Source: a virus. From it: a stretch of 64,000 bases of DNA. How positions within the stretch are numbered: the first letter of the stretch is position 1; each line of letters opens with the position of its first letter. Below the pieces are notes generated by a model. It was given only the letters and a program-made list of their open reading frames with translations. It searched no databases and was not told the origin of the DNA. Shown here in pieces: positions 36,873-46,641 of this stretch. The DNA lies in the IMG/VR virus record IMGVR_UViG_3300048577_000531, positions 1,459-65,458 of that record. One strand, 5' to 3'. The translations under genes were made by a program, and so were the position numbers.

Positions 36873-37622
36873 TTAGGCCTCCGCTTGTGCGAAGAGGGCT
36901 CCGCCCGCGATCCGAACGCGGGCTATCTCGGCAAACTCGGGATCGCCTTCGATCAGTGTGCAGTTGATGCCGTGCTGCTTGGCGACGACGCCAGTCGTGC
37001 CGGACCCAGCAAAAGGGTCTAGGCACACCCCCCCCTGCGGGCAGGCGTAGAGCAGTAAAGGCTCAACGATCTCGATCGGCTTCTGCGTCGGATGTTCAGC
37101 GCGTCCGTGTTCGGAGCGCGCGAACATCACACTGCGCATCAGGCGCGGGCCACCATCTTCTGATGTGTAGGTGTAACCCTTGCGCTCGCCGTGAAAGTGC
37201 GTCGGCTTAGTCTTGCGGCGAACGATGCGAGCCGTCGCATCTGGTGTGTACTGCGGCGCCTTATAGACCTCCGACCACTTTGCGTCGTCACGGTAGAAAT
37301 GCAGCGCGAGTTCATGAACCCGGCGAAAGCGATCATTGAGGAAACCGCTGCCATTGTGCTTTTCCCAGACGACGTCTTGGGACTGCACCCAGCCGGCAAA
37401 TTCGCCGGCATGCTCCAGGAACATGCGCGTTGAGCCGAAGCACCACATTGAGCCCGTATGCTTAAGCACCCGCCGCGCGAGCGCCGGCCACCCTGGCACC
37501 CAACGATCCCAAGCTAGCGACGTCTCGCCGTACGGAGGATCGGTCAGGATGCAATCGACCGATTCCGGCTCCATCTGGGCCATCACATCCCTGCAGTCGC
37601 CGGTGATGATGCGGACCGTCAT
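36873..37622 (-). CDS. N6-adenine/N4-cytosine DNA methyltransferase (beta class)
   Basis: GDCRD, TDPPYG, HPTQKP, LDPFAGSGTT. Confidence 0.95.
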   Translation of the reverse strand: MTVRIITGDCRDVMAQMEPESVDCILTDPPYGETSLAWDRWVPGWPALARRVLKHTGSMWCFGSTRMFLEHAGEFAGWVQSQDVVWEKHNGSGFLNDRFRRVHELALHFYRDDAKWSEVYKAPQYTPDATARIVRRKTKPTHFHGERKGYTYTSEDGGPRLMRSVMFARSEHGRAEHPTQKPIEIVEPLLLYACPQGGVCLDPFAGSGTTGVVAKQHGINCTLIEGDPEFAEIARVRIAGGALFAQAEA

Positions 37623-38362
37623 CCCGCCACCCATTGATCACGCCCGACGCTCTTGCCGGCGCCGCGCTGCAGGGTCTGCCGCAACTTCGCCTGCCAGCTC
37701 GGATTGCGCTTCGCCTTCGGGTGTTCGGCGAAGGCCTTGTAGAGATCGGCGACGGCGACGGGGCCGCGCTGCCGGCGCAGCCATGCCAGGACTGCCTCGC
37801 GCCATGTGGGCTCTAGAGCAGCGATAACAACGCTTCGGGGCAGCCGCAGCGGCATGAAGTGGCCGTTGATGCCGCACAAGGCGAGCACGTCGGCGTCGTC
37901 TGTGCCGAAGGCGGCGAGGACGACCGGGGCGCCCGAGTTGGCCGCCTTGCCAAAATGCTTCGCGCCCGGGTTGCTGATCCTGATCAGGTCGCCGTCGGGC
38001 GCATGGAAGATCACGCGGCCGGCGAGGAACAGCAGCGCCGAGGCGTGCCGCCAGATCCCGCCGAACCAGTCGGTTTCGGTGCGCACATGGACGAGCGCGG
38101 TGCCGCGGCCGTGCCGCGCCAATCGATCGATGAAGGCGCCGACCACTCGCCGATCGAACGGCGGGTTGAGCCACACCCTCCCGAACCAGGGCAGCACTAG
38201 ACCGTTATCGGCTTCGGTGTATGTCGTCGCTGCGCAGTCCCACGGCCGCGGATCGTTACCGGCCGGGTCGAGATCGAACGCCCCAAGCGGATCGAGAATC
38301 CACTGAGGCGTGATCGCGACCTGAGACTTGCCGATCGTGGTCTGGTGCGATCCGAGGGTCAC
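37619..38362 (-). CDS. Phage N6-adenine methyltransferase (T1 Dam-like) with C-terminal winged helix
   Basis: TPQWI.DPLG.FDLDP, NGL..PWFGRVWLNPPF, RTET.WF. Confidence 0.88.
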   Translation of the reverse strand: MTLGSHQTTIGKSQVAITPQWILDPLGAFDLDPAGNDPRPWDCAATTYTEADNGLVLPWFGRVWLNPPFDRRVVGAFIDRLARHGRGTALVHVRTETDWFGGIWRHASALLFLAGRVIFHAPDGDLIRISNPGAKHFGKAANSGAPVVLAAFGTDDADVLALCGINGHFMPLRLPRSVVIAALEPTWREAVLAWLRRQRGPVAVADLYKAFAEHPKAKRNPSWQAKLRQTLQRGAGKSVGRDQWVAG

Positions 38363-38793
38363 GTGATCGACCCTCCGAGTGCTGGCAGGAGAGGATCATC
38401 GCCGCGCCTGGCAACGGCGAGCGTCACCGGATCGAGATCGAAGATCGGTTTGAGCCCTGTCGCGAAATACACGACCTCGTGCTCGATACCCTTCGATTCC
38501 CGCCACCCGTCCATGTGGGCGACGAGCAGCACGTCGGCGACGTGCATCATGGCCTCATCGAAAGGAAGCCAGATGTCGTGTGCCAGCGGGTTGATGCCGC
38601 CATAGATCGCCAGCGGATGGGTGTGGGCGATAGGGCTGTAGACCTTGAGGCCTTCAAGCATCAGGCGGGCGGCCAGCGCTGCCGCGTCCTCAAAGGCCTT
38701 CGTGATGCCACCGCGATACTTGCTGTAAGGTGTCGCCAGATAGCAGAGAGGCGATATGCCGTTGGCGAGAGTGAGGATGGTGCGGGCGCTCAT
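38359..38793 (-). CDS. DUF1937-family protein
   Basis: YLATPYS, VYSPIAHTH, W..S.GI..E. Confidence 0.8.
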   Translation of the reverse strand: MSARTILTLANGISPLCYLATPYSKYRGGITKAFEDAAALAARLMLEGLKVYSPIAHTHPLAIYGGINPLAHDIWLPFDEAMMHVADVLLVAHMDGWRESKGIEHEVVYFATGLKPIFDLDPVTLAVARRGDDPLLPALGGSIT

Positions 38794-38999
38794 GCGAGTA
38801 GACTCCAGATCAGCCACGCAATCAGCGACATGATCGCAGCAACGCCGCAGCGAAACAGGCCGCCGAGCGCATAGCCAAGGCCACTGAACATGCCGCCGTT
38901 CGGCCGCTCGTCTTCCCGCATTGGGATTGCCCAGGCGAAGCTCGCGATCGTAAGAAGCAGCGGCATGAGCCGCCATCCGAGTGTGATGCTGACGTTCAT
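38790..38999 (-). CDS. Small membrane protein
   Basis: Two hydrophobic helices; ATGA overlaps. Confidence 0.55.
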   Translation of the reverse strand: MNVSITLGWRLMPLLLTIASFAWAIPMREDERPNGGMFSGLGYALGGLFRCGVAAIMSLIAWLIWSLLA

Positions 39000-39268
39000 G
39001 CCTTGGTGCTCCATCCACGCTTCCACATGAAGGCGCAGTAGGCGGCAATATCGAGTGGGTCGCCTTTTTCCAGGTGTTCGCGCAAGTGCGCGCGGCACTC
39101 CGCTTCCCAGTCCTCCGTCAGCCAGCCGTCGCTGTAGCCGTACTTCTCTTCGGCCTTGCGAAGCTTGGCAGCGAGCGCTTCAGCGAATTCGATCACCAGC
39201 ATCTTGCTGCTCGCATTGAGGCGTGCAGGCAGTCCGATTTCAAACGTATGCGTGACTTCGCTCACCAT
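38996..39268 (-). CDS. Small phage helical-domain protein
   Basis: KL.KAEEKYG..GW.....L.EH.EKGDPLDIAAYCAF. Confidence 0.6.
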   Translation of the reverse strand: MVSEVTHTFEIGLPARLNASSKMLVIEFAEALAAKLRKAEEKYGYSDGWLTEDWEAECRAHLREHLEKGDPLDIAAYCAFMWKRGWSTKA

Positions 39269-39515
39269 CCCCTCACCCTCCATCCGACGACCCGCGGCGC
39301 CAGGCGCACGCCGGCCTTCGCGTTGATCCATCCGCGTTCTGTCTTGCGACACGGAAATGGAAGGACCTGGTGCCCGAACACGTCGTGAGCCTGGACCTCG
39401 AGGTCCACATCCATCGGCGCGGAATCGACGTCGGGATCGAATGCGCCACCCTTGATCGTGCGCTTCGACCGTCTGGCGTTACGTTGATTGGCGATGTTGG
39501 CAAAGTGCGAGGGGG

Positions 39516-40028
39516 TCATGATTGCTCCCCTTTTTCGCTGAGGAGATCGACAAGGCGGTAGCCGCCGCCCTTGAGGCCGGCGATCGCCAGCCCGATCGGG
39601 ATGATCCGGGAGTTGATCGGATCCTTGGTGGCCTTCACGGCTTCCGGCTTGATGCCAGCATGCTCGGCAATTTCCCGGCTGCAGATGCGCGCACCGGCGT
39701 CCGCCATCGCGGCGCGGAAGATCGCGTCGAAGACGAGCACGTCGAAGCCGCCGAGCTTGACCGCGATGCCGGCTCGCCTGATCTCGGCCTTGGCGACATT
39801 CCATTCGGCGTCGCGCCAGCGCTGTACATTCGGATCGTGGTTGCGGATGAAGTCGTTATCCCGTTCGCTGAGAGATAACGTCAGGTCGATCGCATGACGC
39901 TTGGCCACGTTGCGAAGGCGTTGCGTCGTCCACCCGAGGCGGGCGGCAATCAGTGAATCGACACTGCCGCCGGCCATCGCCTTGATGCGGGCAAGCGTGT
40001 CGAGATTGTAGGGCGCGGGCTCGCTCAT
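39516..40028 (-). CDS. HTH/winged-helix protein
   Basis: IAARLGW; C-terminal IAGLKGGGYRL. Confidence 0.55.
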   Translation of the reverse strand: MSEPAPYNLDTLARIKAMAGGSVDSLIAARLGWTTQRLRNVAKRHAIDLTLSLSERDNDFIRNHDPNVQRWRDAEWNVAKAEIRRAGIAVKLGGFDVLVFDAIFRAAMADAGARICSREIAEHAGIKPEAVKATKDPINSRIIPIGLAIAGLKGGGYRLVDLLSEKGEQS

Positions 40029-41401
40029 GATGCACGTCTCAGAAAAGGAGGAATGTCGATGTCTTCCACTTCGATCGGATGGACAGCCGGCGACGGTTGG
40101 GCCTGGTGATCCGTCGCCGGCTCTTCTGCGGATTGCTCCGCAGGTGCGATTTCTGACTCAAGGCGAGCGGAGCGGTCGCCGATCGGGTCATCGGTCACCC
40201 GGGCGTGGGTGGGGGCGTCGACCATGTCGGTGACGTCACCGGGATGGTGGGGCTCGATGACCTCGCCCGTCTCCGGGTCGTGCTCCGGCAGTTCCGCCGT
40301 GTTTTTCGACTGGTTTCCCCAGGTGAAGAAGTTCGGCGGCAGGACGTGCTCGTCGTCCTCGCGGGCGAAGAGCTCGAGGACGGGCACGCCGCCCGTCATG
40401 TCGTTGATCATGTCGCGATAGAACGTCGGTTTCGCCGAATGCCCGCCGGCGCGCTCGCGATGGTTCGACCCGTACTTCTTGTCAATGTCCGGCTTCGGCA
40501 GGCCGCGGCCGCGCTTGAACAGCAGCAGCAGTTCGTCCTGGTCCCACGCGATCAGGCCGAGGCCGCTGTCGTCGGGAAATTCGTCGTCCGTCTTCGTCCA
40601 CACAAACGCAGTGGAATAGGCGTCGAAACCCCAGCCTTGAGCGACAGCCGATGCCAGGGGATATGGCACCTTGGCGCGGCCGAGCGGCGTCTCGATTTCG
40701 GTCGGGTGCAGGGCGAGCACATGCGCCCTGGGTATCCACAGAAACAGCCATGCATCGGGGAGTACGCGTTTTGCGACTGGCATGCCGATGATCTGGTCCC
40801 AAGTCATCGTCGTGTAGTGATTTTCGTATGCCCGATTGCCGACGCCTGCTTTCCTTAACCATGCGGGGTCGGCATAGACGACCGGGAAGCGCCGGCCGGA
40901 CGGTTGCAGCGCGGTCGCATCGGACAGTTCGCGAGCAAGCTGGCGGCGGCTCTCGGTGTTCCGCTTGCCCAACTCGCCCTGAATGACGCCGCTGGCGATC
41001 CTGCCGCGTTCGCGGCTCTCTATTTCAAAGCGCTCCAGCGCCCTGTCGACAGCCTCTCCGCCAAGATCGGCAAGCTTGCGGGACTGCGCCGACAGTTTCT
41101 TGTCGACGCCGATATCCTTCAGTGTCGCCGGTGAAGGTTCCGAGTCGGAACCTTCGTTTTTGCGCTGCCCGCCACGCGCGGCGATGATCCCGCGCTCTTC
41201 GGCTTGCCGCAGCATTTCGCCAAGCCGAACTTCTGCGCGGGTGCGGAGCTTGTGAGCATGGATTTCTAGGTCAAGGTTCTGCGCCACGCGCGCGACTGCT
41301 GCGATGGCTTTCGCTTCAAGATGGACGTGCATCACTTCGTCCGCCTTGACGGCCGCGGCGAGAGCGGCGCATGCGGCGTCGTATCGCGCAAGCTCGGTCA
41401 T
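40025..41401 (-). CDS. MT-A70-family adenine methyltransferase with helical N-terminal domain
   Basis: VVYADPAW, HYTTM, LFLW, FVWTKT, HSAKP, LELFAR, WGNQ. Confidence 0.9.
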   Translation of the reverse strand: MTELARYDAACAALAAAVKADEVMHVHLEAKAIAAVARVAQNLDLEIHAHKLRTRAEVRLGEMLRQAEERGIIAARGGQRKNEGSDSEPSPATLKDIGVDKKLSAQSRKLADLGGEAVDRALERFEIESRERGRIASGVIQGELGKRNTESRRQLARELSDATALQPSGRRFPVVYADPAWLRKAGVGNRAYENHYTTMTWDQIIGMPVAKRVLPDAWLFLWIPRAHVLALHPTEIETPLGRAKVPYPLASAVAQGWGFDAYSTAFVWTKTDDEFPDDSGLGLIAWDQDELLLLFKRGRGLPKPDIDKKYGSNHRERAGGHSAKPTFYRDMINDMTGGVPVLELFAREDDEHVLPPNFFTWGNQSKNTAELPEHDPETGEVIEPHHPGDVTDMVDAPTHARVTDDPIGDRSARLESEIAPAEQSAEEPATDHQAQPSPAVHPIEVEDIDIPPFLRRAS

Positions 41402-42111
41402 CAGAAACCCCGGTCCACTTCAATGACAGCGATGCCAATGTGCTCGATAAGCTCAGCCAGCCATATCCCGTCCTCTTCGACGTAGGGGACCGCGACGGTC
41501 AAACGCGCATTGCTGTAGTGCTGCGCGTAGCGGCGAAGCTGATTGACGGCGGCAACGATATCGGAGCCGGAGCCGGATGCCTTACACTCAATGATCTCGT
41601 TAGCTGTCACATCCAGAATGTCGATACGGCCTGCACCGCAGATCACCTGCCGTTCAACGAGATGACCGAGCCGCCCCCGGTGCTCTGCTAACGGCTTCTC
41701 AACTTGCTCGCGCTCGCGCTGGACGTTGCTCAGTTTCCGTGGCTGGTTCATTTCGGCGTCGTACTTGCGCCGGTCGGCTGACTTCACGAACCAATGCAGA
41801 CTCTCTCGGACGTTTGGGTCGAATATGCGTATCGCGATCAGATCATCGGCGGGCTCTTCGCTGAACATCTCGCCGCGCGAGACCCATTCTCCGATCGGCC
41901 AGCCCGCGTGCCAAATCGTTCGATCGTCACCAAACCTAAACGCGGGCTTCTCGCCGCGGCAAAAGATGCCCTGCAGAAGCGCCACCTTCACGTAATCGCC
42001 CGCAACCTTCAGAATTTCGTCCAGGCTTGGCCCGCTCACGCCTCGGTTCCGACGCTCCCTCGCGGCGGCCGCCATTCCGTCAAGTTCGGATTTAAACTCG
42101 CGCTCTGTCAT
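41401..42111 (-). CDS. PD-(D/E)xK nuclease-domain protein
   Basis: ERQV...GRIDILD...IIECK......QL.RY. Confidence 0.75.
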   Translation of the reverse strand: MTEREFKSELDGMAAAARERRNRGVSGPSLDEILKVAGDYVKVALLQGIFCRGEKPAFRFGDDRTIWHAGWPIGEWVSRGEMFSEEPADDLIAIRIFDPNVRESLHWFVKSADRRKYDAEMNQPRKLSNVQREREQVEKPLAEHRGRLGHLVERQVICGAGRIDILDVTANEIIECKASGSGSDIVAAVNQLRRYAQHYSNARLTVAVPYVEEDGIWLAELIEHIGIAVIEVDRGF

Positions 42112-42112
42112 G

Positions 42113-42460
42113 TCACACCATCCCAAGGGCGACCAAGTACGTATCGAGGATCGCTTCCTGCTCCGCCCGTTCATCCTTGTCCTGCTTACGCAGGCGGATG
42201 ACGGCACGGAGGGCTTTGGTGTCGAAGCCGTTACCCTTCGCTTCCGCGTAGACGTCGCGGATGTCGTCGGAGATGGTTTTCTTTTCCTCTTCGAGACGCT
42301 CGATGCGTTCGACGAAGGCGCGGAGTTGATCCTTGGCGAAGCGGGGGCCGGGGCCGGCGCGCTCCGAGGTGAGCGCGTCCGCAGCCTTGCGAATGCCCTC
42401 GGTCGTGGTGTGGATCGGCTCTTGGCCGGGCACTGTGATCGTCACGCTGCAGTCTTCCAT
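42113..42460 (-). CDS. GapR-like DNA-binding protein (DUF2312)
   Basis: [48 protein letters not shown]. Confidence 0.92.
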   Translation of the reverse strand: MEDCSVTITVPGQEPIHTTTEGIRKAADALTSERAGPGPRFAKDQLRAFVERIERLEEEKKTISDDIRDVYAEAKGNGFDTKALRAVIRLRKQDKDERAEQEAILDTYLVALGMV

Positions 42461-42522
42461 CCCTCACCCCTCCCCGATCGCCCGCAGGGCGATGCCTTTG
42501 CGTCCGATCATGACCGGCATCA

Positions 42523-43368
42523 TCAAGTCCGCCTCCGCTTCGGCTCGAACTCCGCCGCCAGCGCCTCGACCAGGCGCGCCTCGAACTGATCCGTGATGGA
42601 CGAGCCTTGAATGCGCGCGGAGATCGCGGCGCTTTCCTCCAGCATGGTCGAGAGGTCCAGGCGGGCGAACACGCTCTGCAGCCGAGTGTCGACCTTGAGC
42701 CAGTCGGGATGGTCGGCGAGAACTTCGGCGGTGCCGTAGATGATCGGCGCGCGCAGGCAGTTGACCTCCTCGCCCGCGCAGCAGATGGCGCCCAGCGCCG
42801 AAATGACGATGCGGTCGGTGAACTTCTTGATCGCACGCCTGATGACGACGACGGCCATGGTTTCGCGCGGACCGATCGAACGCCAGTCTTTCGGGTAGCG
42901 CAGGATCGTCACGTTGGCGGCGCGGCAGACACGATCGACAACGGCAGCGTCCGCCTCGCCGGCCGCGAGCGAAGCGTGGTAGAGCTGCATGCTGGAAAGT
43001 TTGGTGACGGTGCCGTTGATGGCCCGAAATGCTGCCGCCTGAGTGCGCCGGTCGGCCGCGATAATTGCCGCCGGCACCTGGTCGTGGCCGCACAGTTTCG
43101 CGGCCGTGGTGCGGTGCTGACCGTCGACGATCGCGTATTTCCCGCCCTCGACCGGCGCGACCACGATCGGGGCGAACTTCGTCCAGTCGAACGATTGAGC
43201 GATCTTGCGCACATTGCCGCGCCCGACCAGCGCAATGTCCCGCTGATAAGCGGGATCGACCACAAGATCGGCGATCGCCAGCCATCGCAGCTCCGGCGCT
43301 GGCCCGAAGCTCTCGGGAATCCTGATGGCGGCGTAATTGCTGGCGTCGATCGGGCGAAGCGTGGCCAT
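42523..43368 (-). CDS. ParB-like N-terminal domain protein
   Basis: LVVDPAYQR...PIVVAP...YAIVDGQHR. Confidence 0.8.
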   Translation of the reverse strand: MATLRPIDASNYAAIRIPESFGPAPELRWLAIADLVVDPAYQRDIALVGRGNVRKIAQSFDWTKFAPIVVAPVEGGKYAIVDGQHRTTAAKLCGHDQVPAAIIAADRRTQAAAFRAINGTVTKLSSMQLYHASLAAGEADAAVVDRVCRAANVTILRYPKDWRSIGPRETMAVVVIRRAIKKFTDRIVISALGAICCAGEEVNCLRAPIIYGTAEVLADHPDWLKVDTRLQSVFARLDLSTMLEESAAISARIQGSSITDQFEARLVEALAAEFEPKRRRT

Positions 43369-43667
43369 CAGATCAACCCCTTCTCTTTCGCCAGCCATGA
43401 CGGCAACGACACGACAACGACACCACTGCCACGAGTTTCGATCTCGATCTTGGACTTGGGGAGCCACACCCAGGACGCGCCCGGCTTCGCCGGATCGACG
43501 ACGGCAATTGCAAGCGGCCTGTTCGCTTTGGCTTCGAGCGTCAGGTCGATGATGTCCGACCGAGCATCCGCATTGCAGCGGATCGAGGTGTCGCTCGCCT
43601 CGCCGTCGCCGAAGCGTCCACGCGGGCGATCCTCGAACATGTCGAAGGTGTCGCGTTCGCGGGTCAT
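43368..43667 (-). CDS. Conserved phage hypothetical protein
   Basis: VWLPKSKIEI...LPSWLAKEKGL. Confidence 0.7.
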   Translation of the reverse strand: MTRERDTFDMFEDRPRGRFGDGEASDTSIRCNADARSDIIDLTLEAKANRPLAIAVVDPAKPGASWVWLPKSKIEIETRGSGVVVVSLPSWLAKEKGLI

Positions 43668-44344
43668 TCGTCGTCGCCTCCGAATTCCCAGTCTTGATCG
43701 GGCGCGCGTTCGAACTTCTCGGCGGCGACCGTCCCCGCCCAGCGGGCAAACACGGGCATTTCCCCGACGGTCAGTCCGTAGGCGCTCGACTCCGCCAACT
43801 GCCCGATGAGATCGAACAGCAGAGCGGCGCGCTCGCCGATGCTGTCGCGCTTGAGAAAATCGCTGATTTCGGTCTGGACCCCGCCGACATCCACGACGAG
43901 GCGTCCGGGGCACATCACCGCGGCATAGTCCTCGCCGGACTTGACCCGCTCTTGTCTCCTAAGATCGAAGGCCTTGTCGGCGAGATCGTGTGCGCGGCCT
44001 TGCGTCGTTACCGGCGAACGCGATTCGTCGACCGTGACCGTGTGCGGATCATTCTCGCTCGCCAATTCGAACGAGCGCGCGAGCGCAAAGCTAATCGCCT
44101 CCTGTTGTCCTTTGGGTGTCAACACGAGATGCTCGCGGTCCATCAGCCGCTCCGGCGAAACCGCGACATAGCCGCTCTTCGTCAAGCGATTGACGATCGC
44201 TTGCGACAGAATGAGGTTGCCGCGCCACGTGTTCAGTGACCATCGCTTGTCGTCGATGCGCAGGCACGGGCTGCCGCAGATGTCGAGGAGAACGGCGCCG
44301 ATCGGCCCAACACCGATCATGAACTTATAGGCTTGCTTGCTCAT
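43664..44344 (-). CDS. Hypothetical protein
   Basis: Coupled 226 aa ORF. Confidence 0.55.
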   Translation of the reverse strand: MSKQAYKFMIGVGPIGAVLLDICGSPCLRIDDKRWSLNTWRGNLILSQAIVNRLTKSGYVAVSPERLMDREHLVLTPKGQQEAISFALARSFELASENDPHTVTVDESRSPVTTQGRAHDLADKAFDLRRQERVKSGEDYAAVMCPGRLVVDVGGVQTEISDFLKRDSIGERAALLFDLIGQLAESSAYGLTVGEMPVFARWAGTVAAEKFERAPDQDWEFGGDDE

Positions 44345-44565
44345 TCGAGACGCCCTCCCCTGATCGGGTCGCGGACCGGGAACGGGGCGAGGTCGGGATC
44401 GTCAAACGCAGCCGGATCGGCAGCGGCAAGCACCTCGCCGAGATCGCGCTTCCACTCGGCGCCGCACCACTCGCACTTGAACCCGACCACGCAATCGAGA
44501 TCGCGATCGACCACATGGATGACGTGATCGGAGCCGCAGGTTGGGCAGAGTTTGGTACCGGTCAT
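44341..44565 (-). CDS. Zinc-ribbon protein
   Basis: CPTCG...CEWCG. Confidence 0.6.
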   Translation of the reverse strand: MTGTKLCPTCGSDHVIHVVDRDLDCVVGFKCEWCGAEWKRDLGEVLAAADPAAFDDPDLAPFPVRDPIRGGRLE

Positions 44566-45704
44566 GTCCGCACCTCCGGAAAATCCGAGTGCTCGACACC
44601 ATCGAGAAGACGGCCGGCGGCGCGCTTGCCGACGCGCTGCGCCCACGCTGCAACGGGAAAGTATTCGTCGCGACCGCGCGAACCGCCGACATGCAACGTG
44701 CCGTCGGACTCCCACATCACGTAATTCCGCGAGGCGAGGCCCCGCGAAACATCGCGCGGACCCCAACCACCATCCTGCCAGTGAGCGACTTTTCGAGCGT
44801 TGTCGGTTGGCCACGGGTCGTTCTGCCCCGGCAGCCAAGAACCCCACTGTTTGAAATAGAACGGCACGCCTGCCGCCTTGCACTGGTCGCGAAGATCCCG
44901 CGCCCATCGGGGATGCATGGGGCGGGCGTGGGAGCCGGACTCGCCGCCGACTATGACCCAGTCGAGGGATGGCGCGGAGACAGGCTCGGAGCTGCATCTG
45001 GACGCCGCCCCCGCCTCGCACCACCTGGTGGAGTTATCGAGAGCGTTGAGACGCATATGCCCGCCGCAGCACTGCTCTGCTCCGCATTGTTCCGGGTCGA
45101 TCCGCTCCGCTGGCAGATTTGTCAAATCGATCGCCCCCAACAATGGCTCGCACGATACGAATCGCACCGCCGCCGGAGTCGCCAGGAGATCGGGAATACG
45201 TTCGTCAGCGCGCTGCTGATCTTCGGCGGAGACGCCGAGCCAGACGTTGGGGAGAGGCCAAGCGATGTCAGGATCGGCGCCGTTGCACCATTCGCGCATC
45301 CGAGCGGAGCGCTTTGTCAGAACCTGGAAGGTGTGATGCTTTGCGCGGCGCATGACTTCAAACACGCGCTCGATCCATTCGTCGGGGATCGACTCGTGGA
45401 ACAAGTCGGACATGGAGTTGACGAAGATGCGGCGCGGGCGCTTCCAGCGCAGCGGCAACGTTAGAATATGATCCGGGGCCTGCACGACCTTGCCGGTCCA
45501 CACAGGCTTTAGGTTGACGGTTTTCGTAGTCCCGAAGTAGTGCGTCTGCGGGACAACGGGATCTTCGCCTGTCGGCGCCATGCGTTCGATGCGTCGCGCG
45601 GTCGACATCGCGTAACAGTTTGTGCAGCCCGGACTCACGACCGAGCAACCCACGATCGGATTCCACGTCGCATCCGTCCACTCGATCCCGGTCTTGTCAG
45701 CCAA
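44562..45704 (-). CDS. DUF5131 / Gp37-Gp68 family (radical-SAM-like)
   Basis: TGIEWTDATWNP..GC..VSPGC.NCYA, IFVNSMSDLFH, WVIVGGESG, VPFYFKQWG. Confidence 0.93.
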   Translation of the reverse strand: MADKTGIEWTDATWNPIVGCSVVSPGCTNCYAMSTARRIERMAPTGEDPVVPQTHYFGTTKTVNLKPVWTGKVVQAPDHILTLPLRWKRPRRIFVNSMSDLFHESIPDEWIERVFEVMRRAKHHTFQVLTKRSARMREWCNGADPDIAWPLPNVWLGVSAEDQQRADERIPDLLATPAAVRFVSCEPLLGAIDLTNLPAERIDPEQCGAEQCCGGHMRLNALDNSTRWCEAGAASRCSSEPVSAPSLDWVIVGGESGSHARPMHPRWARDLRDQCKAAGVPFYFKQWGSWLPGQNDPWPTDNARKVAHWQDGGWGPRDVSRGLASRNYVMWESDGTLHVGGSRGRDEYFPVAAWAQRVGKRAAGRLLDGVEHSDFPEVRT

Positions 45705-46011
45705 TCTCCCCTCCCCGTGTCAGGGGCGCCGGGAACATGACCGGCTGGGAGATGAAATCCCGCTCCGGCCGTTGCGCCTGGTGGATCGCGGACGGAAGGT
45801 CGTCGTTGATGGCGGCCATGGCGTCCGGTTCGGAGTCGTTCTCACGCTCCGCCCGGAAGAGCGGAGACACCATGGCGTGGAGGCCTGCCGCCATCAGCAT
45901 GACAAAGCCGACGACGATGGCCGCGCATGTGCAGGCGCCGACGATGGCAAGATAAACGATGGCCTCGCCGAAATTCTGGCCAGTGATGATGACGTCGCGC
46001 ATTGCGGTCAC
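45697..46011 (-). CDS. Hypothetical membrane protein
   Basis: N-terminal TM. Confidence 0.5.
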   Translation of the reverse strand: MTAMRDVIITGQNFGEAIVYLAIVGACTCAAIVVGFVMLMAAGLHAMVSPLFRAERENDSEPDAMAAINDDLPSAIHQAQRPERDFISQPVMFPAPLTRGGEIG

Positions 46012-46331
46012 CGCTTGGTCTTGCGGCGACGGGCGGGCTTGCGTCGAGGCGCGAGCACGCGCTCGGCAAGTGCTTCCAGCTCGCTGCCGATCTCAGTCGC
46101 GGTCACCGGCACCGGCTGGGCGGCCGTCAAGTCCGGCTCACCGAACCAGCCGCAGACTGGCCGGCCGCTCTCGTTAAGCCACCTCAGGAGATACAGGTCC
46201 GAATCGCCGGAGACATCGGGCGCCTCCATGACATCCGTCGTGCGCGGCGTCGACACCACCCCCTGCACGCCCTTCTTTCCCGGCACATTCACGCGCTGAC
46301 CGAGCGCGAAGGCAAACGCTTTCCATGCCAT
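46008..46331 (-). CDS. Hypothetical protein
   Basis: FAFALGQRV..G..GVV...Y.LRW...GRP...WF.E.DL. Confidence 0.6.
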   Translation of the reverse strand: MAWKAFAFALGQRVNVPGKKGVQGVVSTPRTTDVMEAPDVSGDSDLYLLRWLNESGRPVCGWFGEPDLTAAQPVPVTATEIGSELEALAERVLAPRRKPARRRKTKR

Positions 46332-46425
46332 GTTGAAGCACCCCCCGTGCTATCGCCGGAAAAGGCCGGCGGGCCTTACGCGTAGAAGATTTGTGGACTA
46401 TGACCGCCGCACTCGCGAGCGGGCA

Positions 46426-46617
46426 TCACTGGTGATCAGACGCTTGCGATTGTTGCTTGATCGTCAGGCAGATTTGGTCGATGCCGGCGATGAAAGTCGT
46501 GAACGCGCCGCCGGCCGCCACGATCGGCAGTTCGAAGCCGAGCCCAAGCGCGATGATGACGACGCCGAAAGTCGCGGCAACCGCATTCACGTTCCAGGGC
46601 CATCCCTGCGTGCTCAA
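46426..46617 (-). CDS. Small membrane protein
   Basis: 63 aa hydrophobic; RBS GGGGAGGG upstream. Confidence 0.5.
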   Translation of the reverse strand: MSTQGWPWNVNAVAATFGVVIIALGLGFELPIVAAGGAFTTFIAGIDQICLTIKQQSQASDHQ

Positions 46618-46641
46618 CCCACCCTCCCCTTGCTGATTGAA

